Source: Propionibacterium freudenreichii subsp. freudenreichii (GTDB lineage: Bacteria; Actinomycetota; Actinomycetes; Propionibacteriales; Propionibacteriaceae). Taken from it: a stretch of DNA of 32,000 nucleotides. Below the pieces are notes generated by a model. It saw nothing but the letters and a program-made list of their open reading frames with translations, was not told where the DNA came from and did no database searches. Shown piece by piece: positions 1 through 8,509 of this stretch (its first letter is position 1; each line of letters opens with the position of its first letter). The stretch covers positions 2,130,001-2,162,000 of the forward strand of contig NZ_CP010341.1 of NCBI RefSeq assembly GCF_000940845.1, in the 5' to 3' direction. A program made the position numbers and the translations under genes.

Positions 1-388
1 GGGTGCAGTCGAAGGCGCCGGTCGCGCGCGTGTCGGCTGCGGGCGCTGGCGACGCAGTGGGCGCGCCGGTGGTCGCCGGCCCCGGCGCGCGGCCAGCCTC
101 CGAGGGCTCCCGATCAGGTGTCGCACCGGGCGCTGCCGTGGGTAGGCCGCCGGTCGGCGCCGGCGTCACCGATGCGGCTGATGCCGGTGCCGGCGTTGGC
201 GCGGGCGATGCCTGCGCGGCACCACCGTCCACCGCGACACCGGCGAACAGCACCGCCGAGACCAATCCGGCCACCCGGACCGCCATGCGACCACGACGGC
301 GCCGTGAGCCGCCGGGGTCCCCGTCACGCAGGCGAGCCCGCGGGGCGGCGCCGGGGGTGGCGTCCGATCTGCGATGGTGAGCCATCAT
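1..388 (-). CDS. 5' part of a putative secreted Pro/Ala/Thr-rich protein; continues past the left edge of the window
   Basis: Absent from the ORF track because it has no stop inside the window. Minus-strand ATGATG at 388/385 is preceded by GAAGGA. Translation: MMAHHRRSDATPGAAPRARLRDGDPGGSRRRRGRMAVRVAGLVSAVLFAGVAVDGGAAQASPAPTPAPASAAS... It has an Arg-rich n-region, a hydrophobic core, an AQA cleavage-like site and a P/A/T linker. Third codon positions are G/C-rich. Alternative start: ATG at 286. Confidence 0.35.
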   Translation of the reverse strand, partial: MMAHHRRSDATPGAAPRARLRDGDPGGSRRRRGRMAVRVAGLVSAVLFAGVAVDGGAAQASPAPTPAPASAASVTPAPTGGLPTAAPGATPDREPSEAGRAPGPATTGAPTASPAPAADTRATGAFDCT

Positions 389-1150
389 CGATCCTTCGGT
401 CGGTGCAAGGTTCGTCGTTGACTCTACAAACCGGAATCAGCCCCGGGACCACCGCCCCCCGATTAGGGGAATCACCGGTTCCGCGCCATCGATCCCTCAT
501 GGAAGCCCCCACACCGGCGGCCGTCGAGAACACCGCACCACGCCATCGGTAATCCAGCACTGCGTGATATCGAATGCATCGGATAACCAGATTCCCCCTC
601 GCGGAAATTCCATTTCCGGGCAGCATGCACCCCGAGAAGTGAACACCGTCATCGCGCACCGCACCGGCGATCTGCGCCCGGACCCCGCCGTCCACGAACC
701 CACCACTTTGCACTGAGTGCAGTTCTCTCGTCGGGGTCACAACCCCCGGAAAAATACCGGCGTTTCCTGCGGGCAGGCACCGGTTTCCGCTTGTTGTGGG
801 GCCCATGGCAACGAGCTCTTGCGCGAGACCCGGGGCTCCACCTGAGAACCGGATGCCCCCAGCCACTCCTGCGCCCGGCTGGGTGCACGCCACGCCTGAC
901 ATCACGCTAAGAGAATCCCAGCATCGCCATGACGCCCCGCCCGCCGAATGCCCGCACCGCGCCAGCCGCCATGCCAAGCCCCGCACAATCCACGGCGCGG
1001 GCCGCCATTGCCTTGTCACAATAACCCACCAGAATGCGCGACGAATCACCACGCCACTTCTCCTGATAGGCTCGCAGCATCCATGACAGAAACAAGGCCC
1101 ATGACATTGCCCGCCCGCGGGACGATAACCGCGCACCAACGAGGTGGTGG

Positions 1151-2246
1151 TGTCATAGCGTCGAAGCAACACTCCCGGTCGGCGGGGGTCTGATCGGTGG
1201 AGTGTGCGGATGGCGCGGGTGGGGTTGTCGTTCAGTGACAGGTCGGAGATCTCGACGGCCTCGAAAGCGGGCTGGTCGGTGCGGAGGATCGCCCGTCACC
1301 TGGGGCGTTGCCCGTCGGTGATCTTGCGGGAGCTTCACCGGAACTCGACGAAGACCCGCGGCTACCAGGCCGTGACCGCAGACGTCAGAGCGCAGCGTCG
1401 GCGGGCTCGCCCGCAGCAGCGGAAGGTCGCGGGGGATCCGGTGCTGCAGGCGAGGGTGGAGGCGGATCTGGCCGCGTCGTGGACGCCGAACGAGATAGCG
1501 GGCCGGTTGCGTCTGGAGGCGACAGACCCGACCGTTGAACGCATGGCGAACTCTGCTGACGCACGCGGCCGAACCGTCTCCGGTGAGGCTATCTACCAGT
1601 ACATCTACGCAATCCCGAAGGGTGAGCTCGCCCGCAAGGGCATCTTCCTGCAGTCCAAGCGGACCAAGCGCCGACCACGTACGACCGGGCGGACGCGCGG
1701 TGGCCCAATCGTAGGTATGGTCCCGATCGCGGAGCGAGGTGAGGACGCCGCCCAGCGTCGGGTGCCGGGGCACTGGGAGGGTGACCTGATCATCGGGAAG
1801 AACGGCACCTCGTGCGCGGCGACGCTGGTGGAGCGGATGAGCGGGTTCACCGGGCTGCTGGCCCTGTCCTCGAAACACGCCGAGCCAACCGCTGACGCGG
1901 TCATCGAGTTTTTCAACGACTTGCCCGAGATGATGAAGGCATCGTTGGCGTGGGACCAGGGCAGCGAGATGGCCCAGCACGCGAAGGTCTCCCTGGCCAC
2001 GGCGATGCCGGTCTACTTCGCCGATCCCCACTCGCCCTGGCAGAGGCCCAGCAACGAGAACACGAACCGGCTCTACCGGGAGTATCTGCCCAAGGGCACG
2101 GTGATCCCCGATCACCAGCCCTACCTCACCACCATCGCCGAGGAGATCAACAATCGACCCCGCCGCCGACTGGGCTATCTCACGCCCACCGAGGCATTCG
2201 CTCGACTGCTCGCCGGCGAGCCCCATGTTGCTTCGACGCCTTGACA
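1151..2246 (+). mobile_element. IS30-family insertion sequence, apparently intact (~1.1 kb)
   Basis: Terminal inverted repeats: TGTCATAGCGTCGAAGCAACAC (1151..1172) versus the reverse complement of 2225..2246, TGTCAAGGCGTCGAAGCAACAT (19/22 by eye). They bracket a single full-length transposase ORF. Similarity may extend a few bp outward. I could not identify a target-site duplication. Confidence 0.85.
1204..2244 (+). CDS. IS30-family DDE transposase
   Basis: 346-aa ORF. The N-terminal HTH region (GWSVRRIARHLGRCPSVILRELHRN) and the catalytic core with HWEGDLIIG ... NENTNRLYREYLPKG are typical of IS30 transposases. The ORF ends inside the right IR. GTG at 1204 or ATG at 1210. Confidence 0.9.
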   Translation: MRMARVGLSFSDRSEISTASKAGWSVRRIARHLGRCPSVILRELHRNSTKTRGYQAVTADVRAQRRRARPQQRKVAGDPVLQARVEADLAASWTPNEIAGRLRLEATDPTVERMANSADARGRTVSGEAIYQYIYAIPKGELARKGIFLQSKRTKRRPRTTGRTRGGPIVGMVPIAERGEDAAQRRVPGHWEGDLIIGKNGTSCAATLVERMSGFTGLLALSSKHAEPTADAVIEFFNDLPEMMKASLAWDQGSEMAQHAKVSLATAMPVYFADPHSPWQRPSNENTNRLYREYLPKGTVIPDHQPYLTTIAEEINNRPRRRLGYLTPTEAFARLLAGEPHVASTP

Positions 2247-2536
2247 TCGCCGGTGACTATGCGCGGATAATCCACCCGCCGGAGCCAGTGTGCGCACCAC
2301 GGTGCGACCCCGACCCCCGACGCCGGTTGGCCCCACCCGGGCCCGCGATGCCCATCGGACACCCCGGCCACGCGTGCCCGCGGGCGTTCACGCGCGCGAG
2401 CGGATCACAGGTCACCGCGCACATCGCATAGAATTGTCAGGTTGCGGTTTGCCTCAGCGAGCCGTCGTCACGCACAGAATCGTCCCTGGGCCCCGCACAA
2501 GCGCCCCAGCCACCAAGCCATTCAGTTCGGAGTTTT

Positions 2537-4420
2537 ATGACCGTCAAGCGCCGCAAGGATCTGCGCAATCTCGCCATCGTCGCCCACGTCGACCATGGCA
2601 AAACCACCCTCGTGGACGCCATGCTGTGGCAGTCCGGCGCCTTCCGAGCGGGCAGCGACGTCGAGACCCGGGTAATGGACTCGATGGACCTGGAGCGCGA
2701 GAAGGGCATCACCATCCTGGCCAAGAACACGGCCGTCAAGCACACCATGACCGACGGGCGCACGCTCACCCTGAACATCATGGACACCCCCGGCCACGCC
2801 GACTTCGGTGGCGAGGTGGAGCGCGCCCTGGAAATGGTCGATGGCGTGCTGCTGCTCGTGGACGCGTCCGAGGGCCCGCTGCCCCAGACGCGTTTCGTGC
2901 TGCGCAAGGCAATGGCCAAGAAGCTGCCGATCGTGGTGGTGATCAACAAGGTTGACCGTCCTGATGCACGCATCGACGAGGTGATCAACGAGACCTACGA
3001 GCTGTTCATGGACCTGCTCGATGACGCCGACGGCAATGGCCTGGACTTCCCGATCCTCTACGCTTCGGCGAAGGCCGGCAAGGCGTCGCTGACCAAGCCC
3101 GCCGACGGCCAGCTTCCCGACAGCCCCGATCTGCAGCCGCTGTTCGACGTGATCGAGAGCTCGATCCCCGCCCCCGAGTACCACGAGGGCGCACCCCTGC
3201 AGGCCCACGTGACCAACCTCGACTCGTCGCCCTACCTCGGCCGCCTGGCCCTGTGTCGGGTGATGGAGGGAACCATCAAGCGCGGCGAGATGGTGGCCTG
3301 GTGCCGCCGCGACGGCTCGATCCAGAACGTGAAGCTCTCGGAGCTACTCATCACCGATGCGCTGGAACGCGTGAGCGTTGAGAGCGCCGGCCCGGGCGAC
3401 ATCATCGCCATCGCCGGCATTCCCGAGATCACCATCGGTGAGACGATCGCCGATGTCAACGACCCCAAGCCTCTGCCGCTGATCCACGTGGACGAGCCCT
3501 CGCTGTCAATGACCATCGGCATCAACACCTCGCCGTTGGCCGGCAAGTCGGGCAAGCTGCTCACCGCTCGCCTGGTGAAGGGCCGTCTCGACCAGGAGCT
3601 CATCGGCAATGTGTCGATCAAGGTGCTCAACACCGAACGTCCCGATACCTGGGAGGTGCAGGGACGCGGCGAGCTGCAGATGGCCGTGCTGGTGGAGATG
3701 ATGCGCCGCGAGGGCTTCGAGCTCACGGTCGGGCGTCCTGCCGTGGTGACGCACCACGACGAGAACGGTCGCCTGATGGAGCCCACGGAGCGCCTCACGA
3801 TCGATGTGCCCGAGGAATTCCTCGGCGTCGTCACCGAGATGATGGGCGTGCGCAAGGGCACGATGCAGGAGATGGTGAACCACGGCTCCGGCTGGGTGCG
3901 CATGGAATATGTGCTGCCCTCACGCGGTCTGATCGCCTTCCACACCGAGTTCCTCACCGCCACCCACGGCACCGGGATCTCGAACCACGTCTTCGAGGGC
4001 TACGCCCCCTGGGCCGGCTCCATGCGCCAGCGTCCCACCGGCTCGCTGGTGGCCGACCGCACCGGCGTGGTGTCCAGCTATGCGCTGTTCAACCTGCAGG
4101 AGCGCGGCCAGCTGTTCATCGGACCCGGCGACGAGGTGTACGAGGGCATGGTGGTCGGCGAGAACGCCCGCCCCGACGACATGGACGTGAATCCCACCAA
4201 GGAGAAGCACCTGACCAATGTGCGCTCCGCCACCGGCGACGAGCTGGAGCGCCTCATCCCGCCGCGCCGGATGAGCCTCGAGCATTCGCTGGAGTACTGC
4301 GCCGGCGACGAGTGCCTCGAGGTGACGCCCGACGTCGTGCGCGTGCGCAAGGTGGTGCTGGACGCCCGCGACCGTGCCAAGGTGCGCACCAAGGAGAAGT
4401 CGGCTGACGCCAACGTCTGA
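2537..4420 (+). CDS. typA: Translational GTPase TypA/BipA
   Basis: 627 aa. G-domain motifs [17 protein letters not shown] and NKVD, plus EF-G-like domains. GGAG lies 5 nt upstream of the ATG. Confidence 0.97.
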   Translation: MTVKRRKDLRNLAIVAHVDHGKTTLVDAMLWQSGAFRAGSDVETRVMDSMDLEREKGITILAKNTAVKHTMTDGRTLTLNIMDTPGHADFGGEVERALEMVDGVLLLVDASEGPLPQTRFVLRKAMAKKLPIVVVINKVDRPDARIDEVINETYELFMDLLDDADGNGLDFPILYASAKAGKASLTKPADGQLPDSPDLQPLFDVIESSIPAPEYHEGAPLQAHVTNLDSSPYLGRLALCRVMEGTIKRGEMVAWCRRDGSIQNVKLSELLITDALERVSVESAGPGDIIAIAGIPEITIGETIADVNDPKPLPLIHVDEPSLSMTIGINTSPLAGKSGKLLTARLVKGRLDQELIGNVSIKVLNTERPDTWEVQGRGELQMAVLVEMMRREGFELTVGRPAVVTHHDENGRLMEPTERLTIDVPEEFLGVVTEMMGVRKGTMQEMVNHGSGWVRMEYVLPSRGLIAFHTEFLTATHGTGISNHVFEGYAPWAGSMRQRPTGSLVADRTGVVSSYALFNLQERGQLFIGPGDEVYEGMVVGENARPDDMDVNPTKEKHLTNVRSATGDELERLIPPRRMSLEHSLEYCAGDECLEVTPDVVRVRKVVLDARDRAKVRTKEKSADANV

Positions 4421-4431
4421 TCGATCAACCA

Positions 4432-4475
4432 CCACAGAGGCCCCCGTCATCGTTCGATGACGGGGGCCTCTGTGG
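4432..4475. terminator. Bidirectional stem-loop between convergent typA and ygfZ
   Basis: Perfect 19-bp stem CCACAGAGGCCCCCGTCAT / ATGACGGGGGCCTCTGTGG with a 6-nt loop CGTTCG, followed by CTTTC. It starts 12 nt after the typA stop. Confidence 0.8.
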
Positions 4476-4509
4476 CTTTCGGGGTGGCTTCCGGGCCGCC
4501 CTCCGGGCC

Positions 4510-5559
4510 TCAGATGAGGCGTCGCCGCAGACCGGGCTCGGGCTTGACGTGCAGGCCGATGTCGGGATCGACGATCGGCTCCTGGTTGGCGGCGATGTCA
4601 TCCACGCTCAGGGTGGCCTCCACCGGCACCGCGCGACGCACCAGGCCGAGCGCGATCGGGCCCTCCTCGAAGTGCTGGGCCGAACTGCCGACCACGCCCA
4701 CCGGTTCGCCGTCCAACAGGATCGGATCGCCCGGCGCGGGAAGCCGGTTCATCGAGCCGTCGAGCAGCAGGCGCACGAGGCGGCGTGGCGGACGTCCCAC
4801 GTTGTGCACGCGGGCCACCGTCTCCTGGCCGGTGTAGCAGCCCTTGTCGAGCTCGGTGGCATACAGGCCCAGCTCGTTGGGCAGGGTCTTGTCGTCGGTG
4901 TCGATGCCGATGCGCGGCACGCCGGCCGCGACCCGGGCAGCCTCCCAGGCCCACACGCCTGCCAGGCGCGGATTATCGGGCGAGGGAACATCATCGGCGG
5001 CAACGATCACGAGCTGGCCATGGCCCAGCGGGGCGTCCACGGCCGGGGCCAGCGCCGCCGGCAGGTCGGCGGGATCGATCCCCTCCCCCACCCACAACAC
5101 GCGGGCGTCGTCGCGTGGCGACACCTGCACCTTCAAGCGGAAGGGCATCGAGTCCAGGAACTCGGCCAGTCCCACGCCCTGCATGTCCGGGCCCGTGGGG
5201 ACGCCGGTTGCCGGGGCCGGTTCGGCCGGATCGTCCGGCGACGCGCTGGACGCCGGATCGGTGATCACCCACAGCCGCTCTCCGTCGTCGACGGCCTGCA
5301 GCCCGTAGCGCACCTGGCCGGTGGGCGACAGGATCAGCGCATTGAGGCCCTGACCGGGGGGCAGCCCGTCGAAACGGCCCGTGCTCAGGGAATGGAGCCA
5401 ACCCAGCCGGTCGTCGCCGGTGACAGTGAGCACCTGACGATTGGTCAGCGCCACGATCGCCTGACCGGCGGCAATGGCGCGTTCCTCGGCGAAGGGATCG
5501 CCGCGGTGCCACAGCAGTCCGGCGTCGGGACCCTCGGGAACCAGCACCACGCCGCTCAT
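4510..5559 (-). CDS. ygfZ: YgfZ-type folate-binding protein (GcvT-like fold)
   Basis: 349 aa. Contains the YgfZ signature KGCYTGQE (here LDKGCYTGQETVARV) and GcvT-like N-terminal region. Confidence 0.85.
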   Translation of the reverse strand: MSGVVLVPEGPDAGLLWHRGDPFAEERAIAAGQAIVALTNRQVLTVTGDDRLGWLHSLSTGRFDGLPPGQGLNALILSPTGQVRYGLQAVDDGERLWVITDPASSASPDDPAEPAPATGVPTGPDMQGVGLAEFLDSMPFRLKVQVSPRDDARVLWVGEGIDPADLPAALAPAVDAPLGHGQLVIVAADDVPSPDNPRLAGVWAWEAARVAAGVPRIGIDTDDKTLPNELGLYATELDKGCYTGQETVARVHNVGRPPRRLVRLLLDGSMNRLPAPGDPILLDGEPVGVVGSSAQHFEEGPIALGLVRRAVPVEATLSVDDIAANQEPIVDPDIGLHVKPEPGLRRRLI

Positions 5560-5569
5560 GATTCGCTCC

Positions 5570-5741
5570 CACCCGAGCAGCCACGGCCGCTCACAGATTG
5601 GTTCTCACCCGAGCGACCACGGCCGCTCACCAGTTCTCCTCCACCCGAGCGGCCACGGCCGCTCACGAGTTGTCCTCCACCCGAGCGGCCACGGCCGCTC
5701 ACGAGTTGTCCTCCACCCGAGCGGCCACGGCCGCTCACAGG
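5570..5741. repeat. Tandem array, 36 bp x5, each unit with a GC-rich hairpin (MIRU-like intercistronic repeat)
   Basis: Units start at 5570, 5606, 5642, 5678 and 5714. Units 3 and 4 are identical (CACCCGAGCGGCCACGGCCGCTCACGAGTTGTCCTC). Each has the inverted repeat GAGCGGCC/GGCCGCTC. The array fills the whole gap between the nitrobindin-like stop (5735..5737) and the ygfZ start (5559). Confidence 0.95.
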
Positions 5742-6238
5742 CTCTTCCTCGCCAGGCGACCCCACATGTACGGCTGCAGCGGCACGTCCTTGGCCGCCCG
5801 ATCGAAGGTCCACAACAGGTCGCCCTCCACATTGCCGTAGAGGCGCTCCCCGCCGGTGTATTCGAGCTCGGAGTTCTTCGTGCGCGCCACCACATCGGTG
5901 ACGAGCTCGATCTTGGCGCCGTCGATCTTGCCGGTCCACACCTCGCTCCACCCGTTCGGGTGGCACATCACCACGTCGACGCTCTTGTCGTTGATGGGAC
6001 GCCAGAAACCGGTCTCCATGCTGATCGGCGACACGGGGTTGCCGTTCTTGTCGGCCACATAGGTCTGGCTGAAGTAGTGCAGATAGGGCTGTCCGTTGGT
6101 GGAGAACTCGATCTGCTGGCCGAATTCAAAGTCGCCACTGTCGGGCCAGGTGCCGTGGCCATTGCCCTGCCAGCGTCCGATCAGCCAGGCCAACGGCATG
6201 AGCGCAGGATTCAGATCGGTGGGGATCTCGAAGGGCAT
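5735..6238 (-). CDS. Nitrobindin / DUF1794 (THAP4-like haem-binding beta-barrel) protein
   Basis: 167 aa. The N-terminal LxxLAWLIGRWQG motif (PLAWLIGRWQGNG) and the length are typical of the FABP-like nitrobindin family (Rv2717c-type). GAGGAG lies upstream of the ATG. Confidence 0.8.
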   Translation of the reverse strand: MPFEIPTDLNPALMPLAWLIGRWQGNGHGTWPDSGDFEFGQQIEFSTNGQPYLHYFSQTYVADKNGNPVSPISMETGFWRPINDKSVDVVMCHPNGWSEVWTGKIDGAKIELVTDVVARTKNSELEYTGGERLYGNVEGDLLWTFDRAAKDVPLQPYMWGRLARKSL

Positions 6239-6254
6239 GGTCAGCTACTCCTCA

Positions 6255-6416
6255 TCAGACGCCTGTTTTCCTGATCAGATGCCGCGTGGGCCGGCGCCGG
6301 CGTCCGCGGGGTTCGGTGCCACGCAGCCATCGCAGGGCCACGATCAGCATGGCAACCGCCCCTGCCAGGATCGCGACGGTTGCCACGATGAGCAGGATCA
6401 GGTCAAGGGTTGCCAC
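6255..6416 (-). CDS. Candidate small single-pass membrane protein (53 aa), below the ORF-track length cut-off
   Basis: GTG start. Translation: VATLDLILLIVATVAILAGAVAMLIVALRWLRGTEPRGRRRRPTRHLIRKTGV. One hydrophobic helix is followed by a polybasic tail. About three quarters of third positions are G/C by my count. It ends 16 nt upstream of the nitrobindin-like ATG on the same strand. No clear SD. Confidence 0.35.
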   Translation of the reverse strand: MATLDLILLIVATVAILAGAVAMLIVALRWLRGTEPRGRRRRPTRHLIRKTGV

Positions 6417-6472
6417 GCACCCAATTCTAGGGGAGCGTCACAACGAGCGGCCGTCGCCGATCCCGGGGCCGG

Positions 6473-6556
6473 GTGCCCGTGGCACCATTCAGGCGTGAGA
6501 GTGCCCGTGGCACCATTCAGGTAGGAGAGTGCCTGTGGCAGCATTCAGGCATGAGA
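6473..6556. repeat. Tandem array, 28 bp x3, overlapping the dtd start codon
   Basis: Units: 6473..6500 GTGCCCGTGGCACCATTCAGGCGTGAGA; 6501..6528 GTGCCCGTGGCACCATTCAGGTAGGAGA; 6529..6556 GTGCCTGTGGCAGCATTCAGGCATGAGA. Units 1 and 2 contain the palindrome GTGCC-CGT-GGCAC. The ATG in unit 3 is the dtd start. Confidence 0.9.
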
Positions 6557-6982
6557 GTCGTGTTGCAAAGGGCGAGCCGCGCGCAGGTGTCGATTGATGG
6601 GCAGGTTGTCGGCCAACTTCCCGCACCCGGGCTGGTGGCGCTGGTGGGCGTCACGCACGGCGACGACGCCGCCACCGCCGACAAATTGGCCGCCAAGACC
6701 TGGAACCTGCGCATCCTGGAAGATGAGAAGTCAGCCAGCGACGTCAACGCGCCGATCCTGGCCATCAGCCAGTTCACGCTGTACGCCGACACGCACAAGG
6801 GGCGTCGTCCCAGCTGGGGCGCGGCAGCACCCGGGCCGGTGAGTGAGCCCATCGTGGATGCCTATGTGGCCGCGCTGCGCAAGCTCGGCGCCCACGTGGA
6901 AACCGGTCATTTCGGGGCCGATATGCAGGTGGAGCTGGTCAATGACGGCCCGGTCACGATCATTCTCGATTCCGAGCACTGA
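6551..6982 (+). CDS. dtd: D-aminoacyl-tRNA deacylase
   Basis: Internal Met of ORF 6473..6982. [17 protein letters not shown]... matches the usual Dtd N-terminus, and [16 protein letters not shown] matches the SQFTL motif. About 143 aa, the normal family size. Confidence 0.93.
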   Translation: MRVVLQRASRAQVSIDGQVVGQLPAPGLVALVGVTHGDDAATADKLAAKTWNLRILEDEKSASDVNAPILAISQFTLYADTHKGRRPSWGAAAPGPVSEPIVDAYVAALRKLGAHVETGHFGADMQVELVNDGPVTIILDSEH

Positions 6983-7146
6983 GCTGGTTGGGTGCACCCA
7001 TCCGCGACGACCGGCGCACCATTCAACACCATGGGTGAGCGGGCGATCGGCCCGATAACGTCGATGAAACGCCTGATCGGGCCACCCGGGTGCCAACTAT
7101 TGTTCAAGAACGGACCGGATGGGCCGATCTCGGGAGGGCGTTGTCC

Positions 7147-7806
7147 ATGAGCGATGCATTGTTCGTCTCGCCCACGACCGACCCCAAACCCCTGCCCGGC
7201 GCCCTGACGCTGTTGCCCCACACCATCGACCAGGTGCAGGGCGGCGACAAGGCGATCCTGCAGATCCCCGACACCGATGCGGTGATCATCGACGGGCGCG
7301 GCGATCTGGGCGCCACCCGGGTGACCACCCGCCTCATCGTCAACTCGGGGGCCGCCAAGCCCACCTTGTTGCTCATCCCGTTGCAGGGCCTGTCGGTGCT
7401 CACGGCCGAGTGGGGCGTCACCGATTTCATCGTGGAGGACTCCGAGCCGGCCGAGTGGGAGGCGCGCCTGCAGCTGATGCTCACCGCGCAGGGACATGCC
7501 ACCATCACCGGCGGCTCCATCGTGGTGGACGAGGCCGCCTATGCGGCGTCGGTGAACGGGCGCCCGCTCGACCTCACCTACACCGAGTTCGAACTGCTCA
7601 AGTACCTGGTGCACCATCCCGGCCGCGTGCTCACCCGCGAGGACCTGCTCAAGAAGGTATGGGGCTACGACTACTACGGCGGCACCCGCACCGTGGACGT
7701 GCACATCCGACGCCTGCGCGCCAAGCTCGGGCCCGAATACGACTCGTATATCGGCACCGTGCGCAACGTGGGTTACCGGTTCAACCCCCAGCAGCGCAAG
7801 GACTGA
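7147..7806 (+). CDS. glnR: Orphan OmpR-family response regulator, GlnR-like nitrogen regulator
   Basis: The C-terminal winged helix LDLTYTEFELLKYLVHHPGRVLTREDLLKKVWGYDYYGGTRTVDVHIRRLRAKLGPEYDSYIGTVRNVGYRF closely resembles my recollection of actinobacterial GlnR. The receiver-like N-terminus is atypical. mshD lies downstream, as with Rv0818/Rv0819. ATG 7147 is preceded by GGGAGGG. GTG 7090 is the alternative start. Confidence 0.7.
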   Translation: MSDALFVSPTTDPKPLPGALTLLPHTIDQVQGGDKAILQIPDTDAVIIDGRGDLGATRVTTRLIVNSGAAKPTLLLIPLQGLSVLTAEWGVTDFIVEDSEPAEWEARLQLMLTAQGHATITGGSIVVDEAAYAASVNGRPLDLTYTEFELLKYLVHHPGRVLTREDLLKKVWGYDYYGGTRTVDVHIRRLRAKLGPEYDSYIGTVRNVGYRFNPQQRKD

Positions 7807-7882
7807 CCACCCCCGGCAGGTGACCCCGATGATGGCCATTCCGTCATCGTCCAGCGGGGCGACAGAGCCTCAGGAAGAACAA

Positions 7883-8071
7883 CCACCCGGCACCGCACGC
7901 CACTGGGCATCACACTCACCCACCCTCTCGAGAGCCTCGCGTTCACCTGCCGGTCACCCCGTCAAACCGATCGGCGATTCCTCACCGCGGACCCACGGGA
8001 GTGACCCCCGACGAGGCGGTGCAATTCGCCTCAACGTCCTTGTGGAGCAGGCCCGCATCACCAAGCTCCAG
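7883..8071. repeat. Direct repeat copy A (~189 bp): 5' remnant of a lipoprotein paralog, spacer, and 3' end of the lipoprotein gene
   Basis: Aligns by eye with 8473..8660 at a 590-bp offset, roughly 80% identity. The first ~52 nt are near-identical: CCACCCGGCACCGCACGCCACTG..CATCACA.TCACCCACCCTCTCGAGAG. Confidence 0.8.
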
Positions 8072-8509
8072 GGAGCTGACGATGTTGTCGAAGTATTCGC
8101 GCGTATTCGCATCGCTGGCCACCTGATACATGTGCATCGCATGGAGTCCCCGCAGCTGTGTCACCACCTTGTCCGCGTGCGACGTGGGATCTTGCAGATA
8201 GTAGTTCTCCCATGCGCAGAACCACGCGCTATCGGCATCAGACATCCCGACGCCCGGTTGCGCCCTGCCCGGCGACCGGCCCGGAACAGTCGGATGATCC
8301 ATTTCCTGATATCTCGGACTCGGAATCGGAAAGCCGTCCGGCCAACTCAGCGAGGCGGCTTCACGGGAGAACTCCTCACCCACCGCCACCCCGTCCAGGT
8401 TGCCGGACTTCTGGCCGGTCGAGCAGCCCGTCAGCACAAGCGCACACCCCAGCGCTGCCACGAGGACGCTTCCCACCCGGCACCGCACGCCACTGCTCAT
8501 CACATTCAC
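7982..8509 (-). CDS. Hypothetical lipoprotein
   Basis: 175-aa ORF. The signal peptide with lipobox is GSVLVAALGCALVLTGCS. The more likely start is ATG 8500 (MSSGVRCRV...), preceded by GGGTGGG. I recognise no family. Confidence 0.75.
   Translation of the reverse strand: MNVMSSGVRCRVGSVLVAALGCALVLTGCSTGQKSGNLDGVAVGEEFSREAASLSWPDGFPIPSPRYQEMDHPTVPGRSPGRAQPGVGMSDADSAWFCAWENYYLQDPTSHADKVVTQLRGLHAMHMYQVASDANTREYFDNIVSSLELGDAGLLHKDVEANCTASSGVTPVGPR

Noticed and set aside
389-700. c-di-AMP (ydaO-type) riboswitch upstream of the secreted protein. Such leaders precede secreted cell-wall hydrolase genes (rpf type) in actinobacteria.
   Set aside because: The hallmark conserved segments I remember (GGGGUGAAUCC... 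and ...CCGACAGCUAACCUCGUAAGCG) are absent on the relevant strand. Only vague G-rich similarity is present.
907-2371. A minus-strand gene split by the IS30 insertion: ORF 907..1107 (MSWALFLSWML...) as the 3' part and ORF 2180..2371 as the 5' part.
   Set aside because: Joining the flanks gives an open frame. However, the right-hand part (…GVAPWCAHWLRRVDYPRIVTGD) has no protein-like character, codon bias is weak, and no target duplication defines the junction.
5570-5741. Possible CRISPR array, because of regularly spaced palindromic repeats.
   Set aside because: The units are contiguous with no unique spacers. The period is 36 bp in total. No cas genes are present in the window.
4549-5901. Long + strand ORF (450 aa) with a repeated PPPERPRPLTS motif. 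Similar long ORFs lie opposite annotated genes: 7820..8890 +, 13366..14469 -, 13706..14968 -, 15051..16622 -, 24871..26577 +, 26016..27938 +, 28795..30255 +.
   Set aside because: These are shadow ORFs typical of high-G+C DNA. They lie antisense to genes with unmistakable family motifs, are Arg/Pro/Gly-rich, and match no family I recognise. The PPPERPRPLTS repeat is simply the antisense reading of the 36-bp tandem array.
6473-6550. N-terminal extension of Dtd from GTG 6473 ([26 protein letters not shown]-).
   Set aside because: The extension consists only of the 28-bp repeat read in shifting frames. The Dtd family starts at the MRVVLQR-type motif.
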